Assembly (NCBI GenBank): GCA_965206745.1
Contig: OZ242220.1
Location: 1,280,001-1,344,000 of the forward strand
DNA: 64,000 bases
Origin: Nitrosopumilus sp.
Lineage (GTDB): Archaea > Thermoproteota > Nitrososphaeria > Nitrososphaerales > Nitrosopumilaceae
Direction: 5' to 3'
The position numbers and the translations under genes were made by a program. A model generated the notes under the pieces. That model made no database searches and had not been told where the DNA came from. It worked only from the letters and a program-made list of their open reading frames with translations. This document shows, in pieces, positions 1 to 9,461 of the stretch. Each line of letters begins with the position of its first letter. Within the stretch, counting starts at the first letter, position 1.

Positions 1-1
1 G

Positions 2-622
2 TACGGTCTGCACAATCCGAAACTACAGCACATCAGAGACGATTCGATTTTTAATGTTCTAGACAGTTTTGTTGCAGATGAATCCATCAAGACATACCAA
101 GTTGCTCTAGGCCCAGCAATAGGATGGACCCAGGAAGGAATCGAGGCAATGGACAGACCAAATGTCAGCGCAGTCCAAACAGTTTACAATATTTTAGAGC
201 AAACGCCAGGAAATGAATTGATGGAAAAGGCAATTCAAAAAGACGTAGGAATACTAGTCAGAGTTCCAGAGGCATCCGGAATACTAACAGGCAAAGTGAA
301 TGCTCAAACCAAGATTGATGAAAAAGATCACAGATCAGTCAGGAAGGGAGAATGGATCAAGGCATCACTGGAAAAAGTGGAACATCTAAAGCCAATTGCC
401 CAAAGAAATGGATTGACAATAACTGAATTGTCCATAAAGTTCATCACCTCAAAGAAAGGATTTGCATCTGTATTCCCCACAGTGGTAAGTAAGGAGGAGA
501 TTATAAATTATGTTGAAATGACAAAAGGAGGATATGTTTCGGTCTCAGATATGAAAGAGATAGAAGAGTTGTACAATACCTGGCCGGCTTATGAATTAAA
601 AGCAACACCCCAGGCCAATTGA
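2..622 (+). CDS. Aldo/keto reductase (5'-partial)
   Basis: Frame open from nt 2 (YGLHNPKLQH...); AKR-type segments QTVYNILEQ, GILVRVPEASGILTGK. Confidence 0.85.
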   Translation, partial: YGLHNPKLQHIRDDSIFNVLDSFVADESIKTYQVALGPAIGWTQEGIEAMDRPNVSAVQTVYNILEQTPGNELMEKAIQKDVGILVRVPEASGILTGKVNAQTKIDEKDHRSVRKGEWIKASLEKVEHLKPIAQRNGLTITELSIKFITSKKGFASVFPTVVSKEEIINYVEMTKGGYVSVSDMKEIEELYNTWPAYELKATPQAN

Positions 623-629
623 TTTGTAA

Positions 630-968
630 ATGAACGCTCCGATAGATTCAGAAAAGACCATTGAAATTATTGAAAAGATGAAACTTGCCAAGATTGGCAA
701 ATATAAAAAATGGGAAGGGATGATCAAAAAAATCAAAAAGGAACAAACGCTAAACCCTGAAGAATTGGAATATTACTCAAACCTGACAAGAATCTACAAA
801 AACTCAAGCGTTACGCCTAGAAGTAAGGCATACCACGCCAAACTGTCAGAATTAGATGAAAAGCCACCATGCAAAGAATGTGGGAAGGATTCACTATACT
901 ATTGTAACATGAATGACGAGTATTTTTGTACGATACACATAGTGGGACATGATAAAAATGAATTCTAA
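630..968 (+). CDS. Hypothetical protein with C-terminal Cys/His zinc finger
   Basis: CKEC-x7-C-x7-C-x2-H-x3-H at C-terminus. Confidence 0.75.
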   Translation: MNAPIDSEKTIEIIEKMKLAKIGKYKKWEGMIKKIKKEQTLNPEELEYYSNLTRIYKNSSVTPRSKAYHAKLSELDEKPPCKECGKDSLYYCNMNDEYFCTIHIVGHDKNEF

Positions 969-1981
969 GATGCCGAAATTGTTTCCTCTAAACTGAATGA
1001 ATTTTCCACAAAATATTCAACGCGCGTTTTCTTGAATTCACGGGAGCTAAAAAGAATATTGTACTCATCTACATTGATCTGATCTTGGATTGTTTTTGCC
1101 ACTTTGTAGGCCTCATCATGAGTTTTACAGTGAATCATAGAAAACACATTGTAAGGCCAATCAGCATATGTAGGTCTCTCATAGCAATGGCTCACCTGCG
1201 GGAATGAGCCCAATGTTTCCCCAACTTGCGTGATACGATCTTGGGGAACCTTCCACACAATCATGCCATTTGCAGTGAATCCCACTTGCCTGTGTCTCAG
1301 GATGGCAGCGAACCTTCGCATGACGCCGATATCTTCATAATGTTTCATTTTTTCAAATAACTCATTCTCAGTTATTCCAAGATTTTTTGCTGCAAGGACA
1401 AAAGGTTCATCGACTATATCCATGTCCTTTTGTAATTCACGGATAAAGGCCTTATCTTCCTCAGTTGGAACAAACTCGACATTCTTGATTTCCTTTTTTG
1501 TCTCGCTTGGCGCAACGTCGTGTTTCTTCTCATCTACCATGTCAAGCTTGACGCCAATCTTGAATAATTGCAAAGTTGGAAGCATTCGGACTTTATTGAT
1601 TCCTTTGAGGACATTGAATTTCTCTAATTCGGCTTTCAAATCTGCACCTGGAGGAACAGCCAAGGTAAACCAGAGGTTGAATTGGTGATCCCGTTCATAG
1701 TTATGGCTCACACCGGGATGGCGATTGATTTGGCTTGCAACGTAGTCTAATTTGTCAGACTCGATCTCCATTGCAACCAGAGAACTAGTATACCCGAGTT
1801 TTCGGGTATCAAAAATTGCACTTAGCTGTCTTAGAACTCCTATCTCTTTTAACTGGTTTAGGCGTGACTTGATATCTTCAGGAGTGCTATTGAATTTTTC
1901 AGCAATTGCATCAAAAGGCCTGGTCACCAGAGGAAAAGTCCATTGGATCTCATTTAGGAGTTCTTTGTCAGATTCATCCAT
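965..1981 (-). CDS. ahbAB: Siroheme decarboxylase, AhbA-AhbB (NirDL-like) fusion, Lrp/AsnC fold
   Basis: Two tandem Lrp-like halves with VSHNYER and VSHCYER motifs; heme-gene context; start moved to MDESDK. Confidence 0.88.
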   Translation of the reverse strand: MDESDKELLNEIQWTFPLVTRPFDAIAEKFNSTPEDIKSRLNQLKEIGVLRQLSAIFDTRKLGYTSSLVAMEIESDKLDYVASQINRHPGVSHNYERDHQFNLWFTLAVPPGADLKAELEKFNVLKGINKVRMLPTLQLFKIGVKLDMVDEKKHDVAPSETKKEIKNVEFVPTEEDKAFIRELQKDMDIVDEPFVLAAKNLGITENELFEKMKHYEDIGVMRRFAAILRHRQVGFTANGMIVWKVPQDRITQVGETLGSFPQVSHCYERPTYADWPYNVFSMIHCKTHDEAYKVAKTIQDQINVDEYNILFSSREFKKTRVEYFVENSFSLEETISAS

Positions 1982-2083
1982 AAAAGTCAATAAATCGATA
2001 ATTTGGCATTCAATTAAAAATGTAGCTTGCATTTGGCGCTCTGAATTCTAATACATAAATAGAAACTGGAATTGATTTGATCG

Positions 2084-2737
2084 ATGATAGTTGATCTCAA
2101 TCTTCAAAATAAAAAAATAGTCATCATAGGAGGAGGAAATGAGGCACAAAAAAGAATCAAGTCAGTGCTAAAGCAAGGGTGCAACATCACAGTTATCACA
2201 GATTCTGCCAATGCACAAATTGGAAAACTGGCAAAGTCAAAAAAAATCAAAATAATAAAGCAAAAAGTCACAGATACTCGATTCATTTCAAAATTAAAAC
2301 CAGATTTGATCATGACAACTACAGATGATAGGAAGATGAATCAGAAAATCATCAATGATGCAAAGAAGGCAGGGATTATCGCGTATAGTTCAGACAGCCC
2401 AGAAGACAGCGACTTTTCAAACCCTGCAATAATTGATTTTGGTGATACGATACAAGTTGCAATTTTCACCGGTGGAAAGAGTCCGGCAATGTCTAAAAAA
2501 ATTAAAGACAGATCAGAGAAGGCACTCAAGAAAATCATCACCAAGGAGGACATTGCCCAAATTAAAATTCAAGAGATGGCAAGAAGGATGGCAAAAGAGA
2601 GAATCCCCACCCAGGAACAGAGAAGAGACTGTCTTCGGAGCATCATCAGGGATAATGAGATTGATCAGTTAATAAAAGACGGCCATATGGAAAAAGCTAA
2701 AAGGCGGGCTATCACAATATTGGAGAATTGGAAATGA
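2084..2737 (+). CDS. sirC: Precorrin-2 dehydrogenase/sirohydrochlorin ferrochelatase (SirC/Met8-like)
   Basis: IVIIGGGNEA Rossmann motif, DFSNPAI, TGGKSPAMS. Confidence 0.9.
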   Translation: MIVDLNLQNKKIVIIGGGNEAQKRIKSVLKQGCNITVITDSANAQIGKLAKSKKIKIIKQKVTDTRFISKLKPDLIMTTTDDRKMNQKIINDAKKAGIIAYSSDSPEDSDFSNPAIIDFGDTIQVAIFTGGKSPAMSKKIKDRSEKALKKIITKEDIAQIKIQEMARRMAKERIPTQEQRRDCLRSIIRDNEIDQLIKDGHMEKAKRRAITILENWK

Positions 2738-3999
2738 ATCAAAATATCATCAATGCACGGGTAACCTTTCGTAACTCACCAATTCACATTCTTGAACGAT
2801 TTACAATCAAGGACATGAAGAACGCATACGAGCAGTTCAAAAATCATTCGGGGCTGGATGAATGTGTAATAATTCAGACATGTAACAGGATTGAGCTATT
2901 TGGAAAATCAAAGACGTGTGATTTACGCAGGATCAAAAAGACATGGGCCTCAATTACAGGTTTGGAAGAAGATGCATTTGATGAAAATATTGAATTTGTT
3001 GAGAATCATCAAGCACTGCATCATTTGTTGAAATTAACATCGGGACTTGATTCCATGGTAGTGGGGGAAGAGCAAATTCTAGGACAGATAAAGAACTCCA
3101 TCACGTCTGCCAGAGAAGTAAAGGCATCGGGTCAGCATCTTAACACATTATTTGACAAAGCCATTCGGATTGGAACCAGAATCAGAAATTCAAGCGGCAT
3201 TGGTGCCGGAGGAATTTCAGTGGGTTCCATGGCAGTAAAGATTGCAGAAGAAAACATCGACGAGTTGAAAACAAAAAAGGTATTACTGATTGGAACAGGA
3301 GAAGTATCAACGCTGATTGCAAAGTCACTGCAAAGACGCGGTTATGCATTTAGTGTTACAAGTAGAACAATCGGAAGATCAGAGTCATTTTGTGAAACAA
3401 TGGGCGGAGATCCAATCAAATTTGAGACGGTTCTTTCAAGATTTGGCAATTATGATGTAATTTTTGTGGCGACAACTGCCCCGTATTTTCTGGTCACAAA
3501 TGAAAGGATAGCAAAAGCCATGAAAAACAAGAGCAAGGGAATGATGATTTTAGATTTATCAAACCCTAGAACGGTGGATGAAAAGGTTGCGAGAATCGGA
3601 GGGATAAAACTCATGAATTTGGATCAAATTGCAGAGATGGTTGAAAAGAACATGGATGCCAGATTAAACAAGGTAAAAACAGTTGAAAATATAATTAGTG
3701 AGGAAGTGTGTGTATTAGAAGCCTCAATGAAAAGACTAGATGCAGAACCACTGGTAACAGATGTTTTCAAGAACATAGAGAATCTTAGGGAAAAGGAATT
3801 GCAAAAGGCACTACAGATGCTCAATGAAAAAGACGAGAAAAAAATCAAGATTATCGAGGAACTAACCAAGGCAGTTGTTGAAAGCATTGTGTCAACTCCG
3901 ATGAACAATATCAGAAAAGCCTCAGAACAGGGCAATCCGGACATTATAAAAATAGCAGGCAAACTATTTGACTATAAAAAACAGAACCAAGTAGACTAG
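2734..3999 (+). CDS. hemA: Glutamyl-tRNA reductase
   Basis: QTCNRIE, SGLDSMVVGEEQILGQ. Confidence 0.97.
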   Translation: MNQNIINARVTFRNSPIHILERFTIKDMKNAYEQFKNHSGLDECVIIQTCNRIELFGKSKTCDLRRIKKTWASITGLEEDAFDENIEFVENHQALHHLLKLTSGLDSMVVGEEQILGQIKNSITSAREVKASGQHLNTLFDKAIRIGTRIRNSSGIGAGGISVGSMAVKIAEENIDELKTKKVLLIGTGEVSTLIAKSLQRRGYAFSVTSRTIGRSESFCETMGGDPIKFETVLSRFGNYDVIFVATTAPYFLVTNERIAKAMKNKSKGMMILDLSNPRTVDEKVARIGGIKLMNLDQIAEMVEKNMDARLNKVKTVENIISEEVCVLEASMKRLDAEPLVTDVFKNIENLREKELQKALQMLNEKDEKKIKIIEELTKAVVESIVSTPMNNIRKASEQGNPDIIKIAGKLFDYKKQNQVD

Positions 4000-4029
4000 G
4001 ATTATATTTTACCTAAAGAGAATTCCATC

Positions 4030-5010
4030 ATGTCATTTCCAACTAGACGTCTACGTCGACTGAGAACATCAGAGAAGATGAGGGAGCTAGTTCAACAAAC
4101 CACCCTTTCTCCAAAGGATTTCATCTGTCCAGTATTTGTTCAGGAGGGTTTGAAAGAAAGGGTCAAAGTGGAAACAATGTCAGAGATTGAAAGGTTGCCA
4201 TTAAGTGATGTTAACGAGGAGGTTGCAACAATAATAGATTTAGGAATACCTGCAATCATGCTGTTTGGAATTCCGTCTCAAAAGGACGAAGCGGGAAGTT
4301 CGGCTTTTGATAATAATGGGATCGTTCAAAAGGCAATTTCACAGATCAGGGAGAAATTCGGAGACAAGATAGTAATCATGGCAGACGTCTGTCTGTGTCA
4401 ATTTACATCGACAGGTCATTGTGGAATTGTTCACGGTGAGAAAATTGATAACGATGCCAGTCTAGAAACCCTTGCAAAGATTGCAATCAGCCAGGCAAAA
4501 GCAGGGGCAGATACTGTATCACCATCAGCAATGATGGACGGTCAAGTTGCAGCGATACGAAGAGCACTAGACGGTGAAGGGTTTACAGACGTATCAATAA
4601 TGTCACATTCTGCGAAACATCGTTCAAACTTTTACTCACCATTTAGGAATGCGGCTGAATGTGCCCCAAAATTCGGAGATAGAAAGACATACCAAGTTCC
4701 ATATACAAATGCAAGGGAGGCAATGATGGAAGTGGAGACAGACATTCAAGAGGGTGTGGATATTGTGATGATAAAGCCGGCATTAGCGTATTTGGATTTA
4801 ATTGCAGAAACCAGAAGCAGGTACAGCATTCCAGTCTCAGCATACAGTGTGTCAGGAGAATATGCGTTGGTAAAAGCTGCTTCACAGTTAGGATATGTTA
4901 ATGAAAAAGACGTCACACTAGAAATTCTATACTCAATTAAAAGAGCCGGAGCCGACATGATAGTGACCTATTTTGCAAAATCAGCTGCAAGATTCCTTCA
5001 AGAATCATGA
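4030..5010 (+). CDS. hemB: Porphobilinogen synthase
   Basis: DVCLCQFTSTGHCG, PSAMMDG, VMIKPALAYLD, VSGEY. Confidence 0.97.
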   Translation: MSFPTRRLRRLRTSEKMRELVQQTTLSPKDFICPVFVQEGLKERVKVETMSEIERLPLSDVNEEVATIIDLGIPAIMLFGIPSQKDEAGSSAFDNNGIVQKAISQIREKFGDKIVIMADVCLCQFTSTGHCGIVHGEKIDNDASLETLAKIAISQAKAGADTVSPSAMMDGQVAAIRRALDGEGFTDVSIMSHSAKHRSNFYSPFRNAAECAPKFGDRKTYQVPYTNAREAMMEVETDIQEGVDIVMIKPALAYLDLIAETRSRYSIPVSAYSVSGEYALVKAASQLGYVNEKDVTLEILYSIKRAGADMIVTYFAKSAARFLQES

Positions 5011-5318
5011 GAAACGACGAGCGTTTTGAGATTCAAAGAGCATTTGACTTATTGCCACATGTTGTTGGTGCAAGTTGGACAGTAGTGTGGTTTAGAATGA
5101 AGGGAATCAAAAAACCCACAAGGGAAGAGTTCAGAGAGAAGACTGCAGAATATTTGCGACTAGTTGAGCCTGTCTTTGACTCTTATCCAAAGGATGAAGA
5201 ATTTGCAGAGATCAACAAGTACATCGAATTTAGAAGAAATGAGGAGTATACCAAGATCAGATCAGGTGAGAACAAGGAGATTGAAATGCGCTATGATAGG
5301 TACGTCGATTATGGCTAA
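5007..5318 (+). CDS. Hypothetical protein
   Basis: ATGA overlap with hemB; protein-like composition. Confidence 0.75.
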   Translation: MRNDERFEIQRAFDLLPHVVGASWTVVWFRMKGIKKPTREEFREKTAEYLRLVEPVFDSYPKDEEFAEINKYIEFRRNEEYTKIRSGENKEIEMRYDRYVDYG

Positions 5319-5421
5319 AGTTTCTAATTTTGGTTTAGGCGTTTTGGATGCAGAATATGGCTAAATTACTGAGGAGTCATAGAATGCATCGCATCTCTTA
5401 ATTGATTGAAGAATCCACGGA

Positions 5422-6042
5422 CTAGAGTTCACGTTTTAGATGTTTTAAAAATTCTTTGAGCACTTTGGTCCTCCTTTTTGCTTCTGTCTTGCCAGATTTT
5501 GTATTCATTGAAGATTCCAATTTTAACAACTTTTGAAAAAAATGATCAACGGTCCAAACCTTATCATCAGGAGATCTTGTTTTGCAGAAAGGATCCTCGG
5601 CATTGTAAAATGGTCGTTTAAGTGAACCTCCCGTAGCAAAAACTCGTGCAATACCAATTGCTCCCAAGGCATCTAATCTATCAGCATCTTGAAGGATTTT
5701 GCCTTCAAGGGTTTCAGGGATTCTATTTTGTGAAAAACTATGATCACGTATGGCATCTGAAATAATCGTGATTTCTTCTAGAGTCAAATCATATTTTTTT
5801 AGTATGTGTTTTGATTTTTTGGCACTCTCTATTGATGACATTTTAGAGCGTTTGTCGGATTTTGGATAAGAGATGATATCATGCAGCAACGCAGCACAAA
5901 GGACTAATTTTTCGCTTGCCTTCTCTGCTTTGCATAACTTTTGAGCATTTTTGTATACTCTCATGACATGATCAAAATCATGTGCCGAATCATTGTCCAT
6001 CATTGTTTTGATTTCATTCTTAAGAGAATCAAGAATTTTCAT
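5422..6042 (-). CDS. HD-domain phosphohydrolase (YedJ-like)
   Basis: AHDFDH, ALLHD, QDADRLDALGAIG. Confidence 0.92.
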   Translation of the reverse strand: MKILDSLKNEIKTMMDNDSAHDFDHVMRVYKNAQKLCKAEKASEKLVLCAALLHDIISYPKSDKRSKMSSIESAKKSKHILKKYDLTLEEITIISDAIRDHSFSQNRIPETLEGKILQDADRLDALGAIGIARVFATGGSLKRPFYNAEDPFCKTRSPDDKVWTVDHFFQKLLKLESSMNTKSGKTEAKRRTKVLKEFLKHLKREL

Positions 6043-6660
6043 TTAAAATCTCCATATTTTTGGTTTGACAAATTTGATTTTTCGCTTGGTAATTAAAAGA
6101 GTCCAATTAACAGATGCAAAGATGATAATCAGGCCGATACCGGCAACATCAATTAGTAAAATTGCCGTTAATCTGTCCTCAAATATATCTAAGAGTGGAG
6201 TCAGGACTGCGTTACCAAAATAGATCATGACAATATATGAGATGGTTCTACCAAACCAAAATCCAACATAGATCCCCAAGCTCTTGGCACGCATTAATCC
6301 ATAAGCGATAAACAGCATGTTACTTGGAAGTGGGGTTGCACCAAACAGAAAGGATGCAATTACATAGCCATATTTTTTACGATTCAGATAATCTCCAATC
6401 ACATCTAGATTGGATTTTTGCTCTTCTGCAACAAATCTTCTAAAGATCCCACTAATCCGCTTGAGAACAAACCTGCCAAGTGTGGCCCCCGTAGCTCCGA
6501 CCATGGCAAGTATGACGACATCTAGCGTTGGATCAAGAAGATAAAAGGACGTTAGGATAATCCAGCTTGGAGGCATCAGGATTGGAGACGCATTTACTCC
6601 AATTAACACAAGAAATATTCCAAAATATGAAAATTCTCCAAAAATTTCAAAAATATCCAA
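6043..6660 (-). CDS. VTT/DedA-like membrane protein
   Basis: Multiple TM segments, GATLG, ATPLP. Confidence 0.75.
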   Translation of the reverse strand: MDIFEIFGEFSYFGIFLVLIGVNASPILMPPSWIILTSFYLLDPTLDVVILAMVGATGATLGRFVLKRISGIFRRFVAEEQKSNLDVIGDYLNRKKYGYVIASFLFGATPLPSNMLFIAYGLMRAKSLGIYVGFWFGRTISYIVMIYFGNAVLTPLLDIFEDRLTAILLIDVAGIGLIIIFASVNWTLLITKRKIKFVKPKIWRF

Positions 6661-6847
6661 TATCTTTCAAAAAATATAGCATTTTTTTTGTTTCTAAACC
6701 CTTGGATTAAGATTCAGTCATGAGAAAACGCCATTATGAACCAAAAAATTATAAAAATTACAAGTTTTTCAAACTAATGATCATGGATTGTAAGAAATTG
6801 GATCAATGATGCAATATCTTTATAAGCAATTTATGCATACACCGTAT

Positions 6848-6970
6848 ATGACAGAGATGGTTTGGAAATGTTATAGGTGCAATCTTTCTTTCAAGAATGA
6901 GCAATTAGCACAATTACACAAAGAAATTTCGGAACATTCAATCACAAAAGTTAAAACAATTGTTGCATAA
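6848..6970 (+). CDS. 40-aa C2H2-type zinc-finger micro-protein (not in ORF track)
   Basis: MTEMVWKCYRCNLSFKNEQLAQLHKEISEHSITKVKTIVA; C-x2-C-x12-H-x5-H; TATA-like TTTATAA about 25 nt upstream. Confidence 0.8.
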   Translation: MTEMVWKCYRCNLSFKNEQLAQLHKEISEHSITKVKTIVA

Positions 6971-7014
6971 TTTCAAAAAATTCACAAAATATATCAATTT
7001 TAGTCAAAATTTAA

Positions 7015-7115
7015 TGCAGAGGGTGGGATTCGAACCCACGAACTCCTAAGAGAAGGGATTTCCTATTTTGAGGATCTTGAGTCCCTCTCGGTTGACCGGG
7101 CTTCGATACCTCTGC
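7015..7115 (-). tRNA. tRNA-Leu(CAA) with 16-nt intron at 37/38 (7060-7075)
   Basis: Acceptor GCAGAGG/CCTCTGC, GTTCGAATC T-loop, long variable arm, AGGGA-CTCAAG[intron]A-TCCCT. Confidence 0.95.
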
Positions 7116-7234
7116 AATGAGATTGGGTATAGACTGATATTTCTCGATTACTATTAGGGCAAAATAAGAATTTGATCTACAATATGATCGATTTTTTAAC
7201 AAAGCTTATAATCATGCAGAATTGATTCAAAAAT

Positions 7235-7549
7235 ATGTCAGAATTCATACCTATTTCAGACGCAAAAAAAATGCGTAGTGGAGTGAATGTTGAGGCCGAG
7301 GTTAAAAGCAAAGGAGACCCTAGAACTGTCAATCTCAAGAGTGGCGGAACAGTAGATGTTTGCGATGCAATAATTTCCAACGGTGAAACTGAAGATGACC
7401 AAATGAAACTCACATTGTGGGGCGACGACATCAAGGCAGTTAATGTTGGAGATAAAGTTGTCATCACAAATGGATACACCAATGAGTTCAAAGGTGAAGT
7501 ATCCCTAACCAAAGGTAAATTTGGTAAGATGGATGTCAATCCTCAATAG
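7235..7549 (+). CDS. ssb: Single-stranded DNA-binding protein (single OB fold)
   Basis: LTLWGDD, GDKVVITNGYTNEFKGEVSL. Confidence 0.88.
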   Translation: MSEFIPISDAKKMRSGVNVEAEVKSKGDPRTVNLKSGGTVDVCDAIISNGETEDDQMKLTLWGDDIKAVNVGDKVVITNGYTNEFKGEVSLTKGKFGKMDVNPQ

Positions 7550-7881
7550 ATGATCTACATTACAAAATTAATTTTATTTTCTATACATACTAGTTGCAAC
7601 TATAGTCAACTTAAAATTTAGATTCCAGGAGAGCAGGATTGAAAATGTTTTGAATTTGATAATTTTTTTTAATTTTTAGAGGAATTATCTGCGATTTTAG
7701 GTGTTGTTGTAGCATGTGATTAGGGGTTTAGAGCCATACAAAAATACACCAAATGTTTCAATCACAGCAAGGAATTGTTTTGAATGGTTTTTTAAAATTT
7801 CTTTTGATTTTTCCAAAATCCCATACAGCAATATTGTTGAAATTAATCAATTGATTTTTCAATTAGTAAATATCCCGATGA

Positions 7882-9012
7882 TTAACGTCTAGATTTCTTT
7901 TTGGGTACAGTTCTTTTCTTTGCAGGTTTCCTTTTGGTTACGGTCTTTTTCTTTGTGGATTTCTTTTTAATTGTGGTTCTTTTCTTTGCAGGTTTCCTTT
8001 TAGGTGCAGTTCTTTTCTTTGCAGGTTTCCTTTTAGGTGCAGTTCTTTTCTTTGCAGGTTTCCTTTTAGGTGCAGTTCTTTTCTTTGCAGGTTTCCTTTT
8101 AGGTGCAGTTCTTTTCTTTGCAGGTTTCCTTTTAGGTGCAGTTCTTTTCTTTTTGGTTACGGTCTTTTTCTTTGTGGATTTCTTTTTAGCTGTGGTTCTT
8201 TTCTTTGCAGGTTTCCTTTTGGTTACGGTCTTTTTCTTTGTGGATTTCTTTTTAATTGTGGTTCTTTTCCTTGCAGGTTTCCTTTTGGGTGCAGTTCGTT
8301 TCTTTTTGGTTACAGTCTTTTTCTTTGTGGGTTTCTTTTTAGCTGTGGTTCTTTTCTTTTGAGAAACCTTCCTCCTATTTGCTAGTGATTCCTGTAATTT
8401 TGAATATGCTTTGTCCAGTAATTTTTGGGCAGATTCTTCTGCTTTGGTTTGTCTTTCTAATTCTTTAACAAACTTTTGTGCTGCTTTATGACTTGCAGTC
8501 TTTGATTCACGCAAAGAAGGTTTTGACTTGGTTTGTTTCTGAATTTTTGAGGTGATTTTTGATTGCACATTAGAGAAATTTACAACATCATTGGAAATCT
8601 TTTTGGCAGTTTTTTGCCTATTTTTTATTTCTTCGACTAATTCATTGATCTGATCATTTAATGAGCGTAATCTAGTCTCAGCATTTTCCTTTTCAATAGG
8701 ATTTTCAGCAAATTCAATTTCTTGCTCTATTTGTTCGATTGTCTCTTTTGCTTTAGCAAGCCGATCTTCTGCCATAGCGATCAATCTCTCAATACTTTCC
8801 AGTTGAGAATTCTTCCTAAGAAGAACTGTTGAGACATCAGAGGACTCTTCTCGTTCAGATTCAATTTTTTTATCAAGGGATTGCAAACCTGAAGAAGAAC
8901 GTTTTTCTGCAGAATTGAACTCTTTGACCTTATTTTCAGCTATTTTACGGAGCTTAGTTGCATGTTGTTTCTTTTGTCGTAATTGGATTACCAGTTTTTC
9001 TAATGAGGCCAA
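7882..9012 (-). CDS. Coiled-coil protein with histone-H1-like Lys/Arg-rich repeat tail
   Basis: About 210-aa heptad-rich N-terminus, then about 160 aa of K/R/P/T/A repeats. Confidence 0.85.
   Translation of the reverse strand: MASLEKLVIQLRQKKQHATKLRKIAENKVKEFNSAEKRSSSGLQSLDKKIESEREESSDVSTVLLRKNSQLESIERLIAMAEDRLAKAKETIEQIEQEIEFAENPIEKENAETRLRSLNDQINELVEEIKNRQKTAKKISNDVVNFSNVQSKITSKIQKQTKSKPSLRESKTASHKAAQKFVKELERQTKAEESAQKLLDKAYSKLQESLANRRKVSQKKRTTAKKKPTKKKTVTKKKRTAPKRKPARKRTTIKKKSTKKKTVTKRKPAKKRTTAKKKSTKKKTVTKKKRTAPKRKPAKKRTAPKRKPAKKRTAPKRKPAKKRTAPKRKPAKKRTAPKRKPAKKRTTIKKKSTKKKTVTKRKPAKKRTVPKKKSRR
7988..8152. repeat. Five perfect 33-bp tandem repeats (RTAPKRKPAKK) within a larger degenerate repeat region of about 7890-8360
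   Basis: Unit GCAGGTTTCCTTTTAGGTGCAGTTCTTTTCTTT at 7988, 8021, 8054, 8087, 8120. Confidence 0.95.
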
Positions 9013-9149
9013 TAGTTAAATCAAGATAAAAGAGTCGATTAAGTAGTGCATATAACCATGATTTGACTTTCATGTAAAGAAAATTAGCTTCATTTGATCG
9101 CTAAAAGGGGTTTTTTAAAAAATATTAGTCAAGAGATTTTACCAACATC

Positions 9150-9461
9150 ATGGAATTTCATCCAAAAGATTTGCCAGTAGCAAAAACATATGATCTAAAG
9201 GACGAGAAAGAGGCAACAATTGCAGTTGAAGACATGGTAAATTTAGGCTTTAAAAGAAAAAAAGAAGGTTACAAAGTCCTCATGCCAAAAGAATCAAAAA
9301 TTGCCAAAAGAATAGGATATACGATTACTACCGGAATTACTACGGGGTTGGGACAAAAAAACGAGGACAGGGATATCAAATATTGGACATATCACCACGA
9401 TGATGAACATTTTGCAATAGTTTTGATACACAGAGATGTTTTGACAGAGTTAGGTTTTTGA
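9150..9461 (+). CDS. Hypothetical protein
   Basis: 103-aa ORF with normal composition. Confidence 0.75.
   Translation: MEFHPKDLPVAKTYDLKDEKEATIAVEDMVNLGFKRKKEGYKVLMPKESKIAKRIGYTITTGITTGLGQKNEDRDIKYWTYHHDDEHFAIVLIHRDVLTELGF

Noticed and set aside
7011-7202. 63-aa ORF
   Set aside because: Overlaps the tRNA-Leu gene
7550-7880. AT-rich spacer as a replication origin
   Set aside because: No ORB repeats and no adjacent cdc6/orc1
7988-8152. 33-bp repeats as a CRISPR array
   Set aside because: No spacers, in-frame coding repeats, and no cas genes
7901-8362. 153-aa hydrophobic repeat ORF on the + strand
   Set aside because: Antisense shadow of the Lys-rich repeat tail
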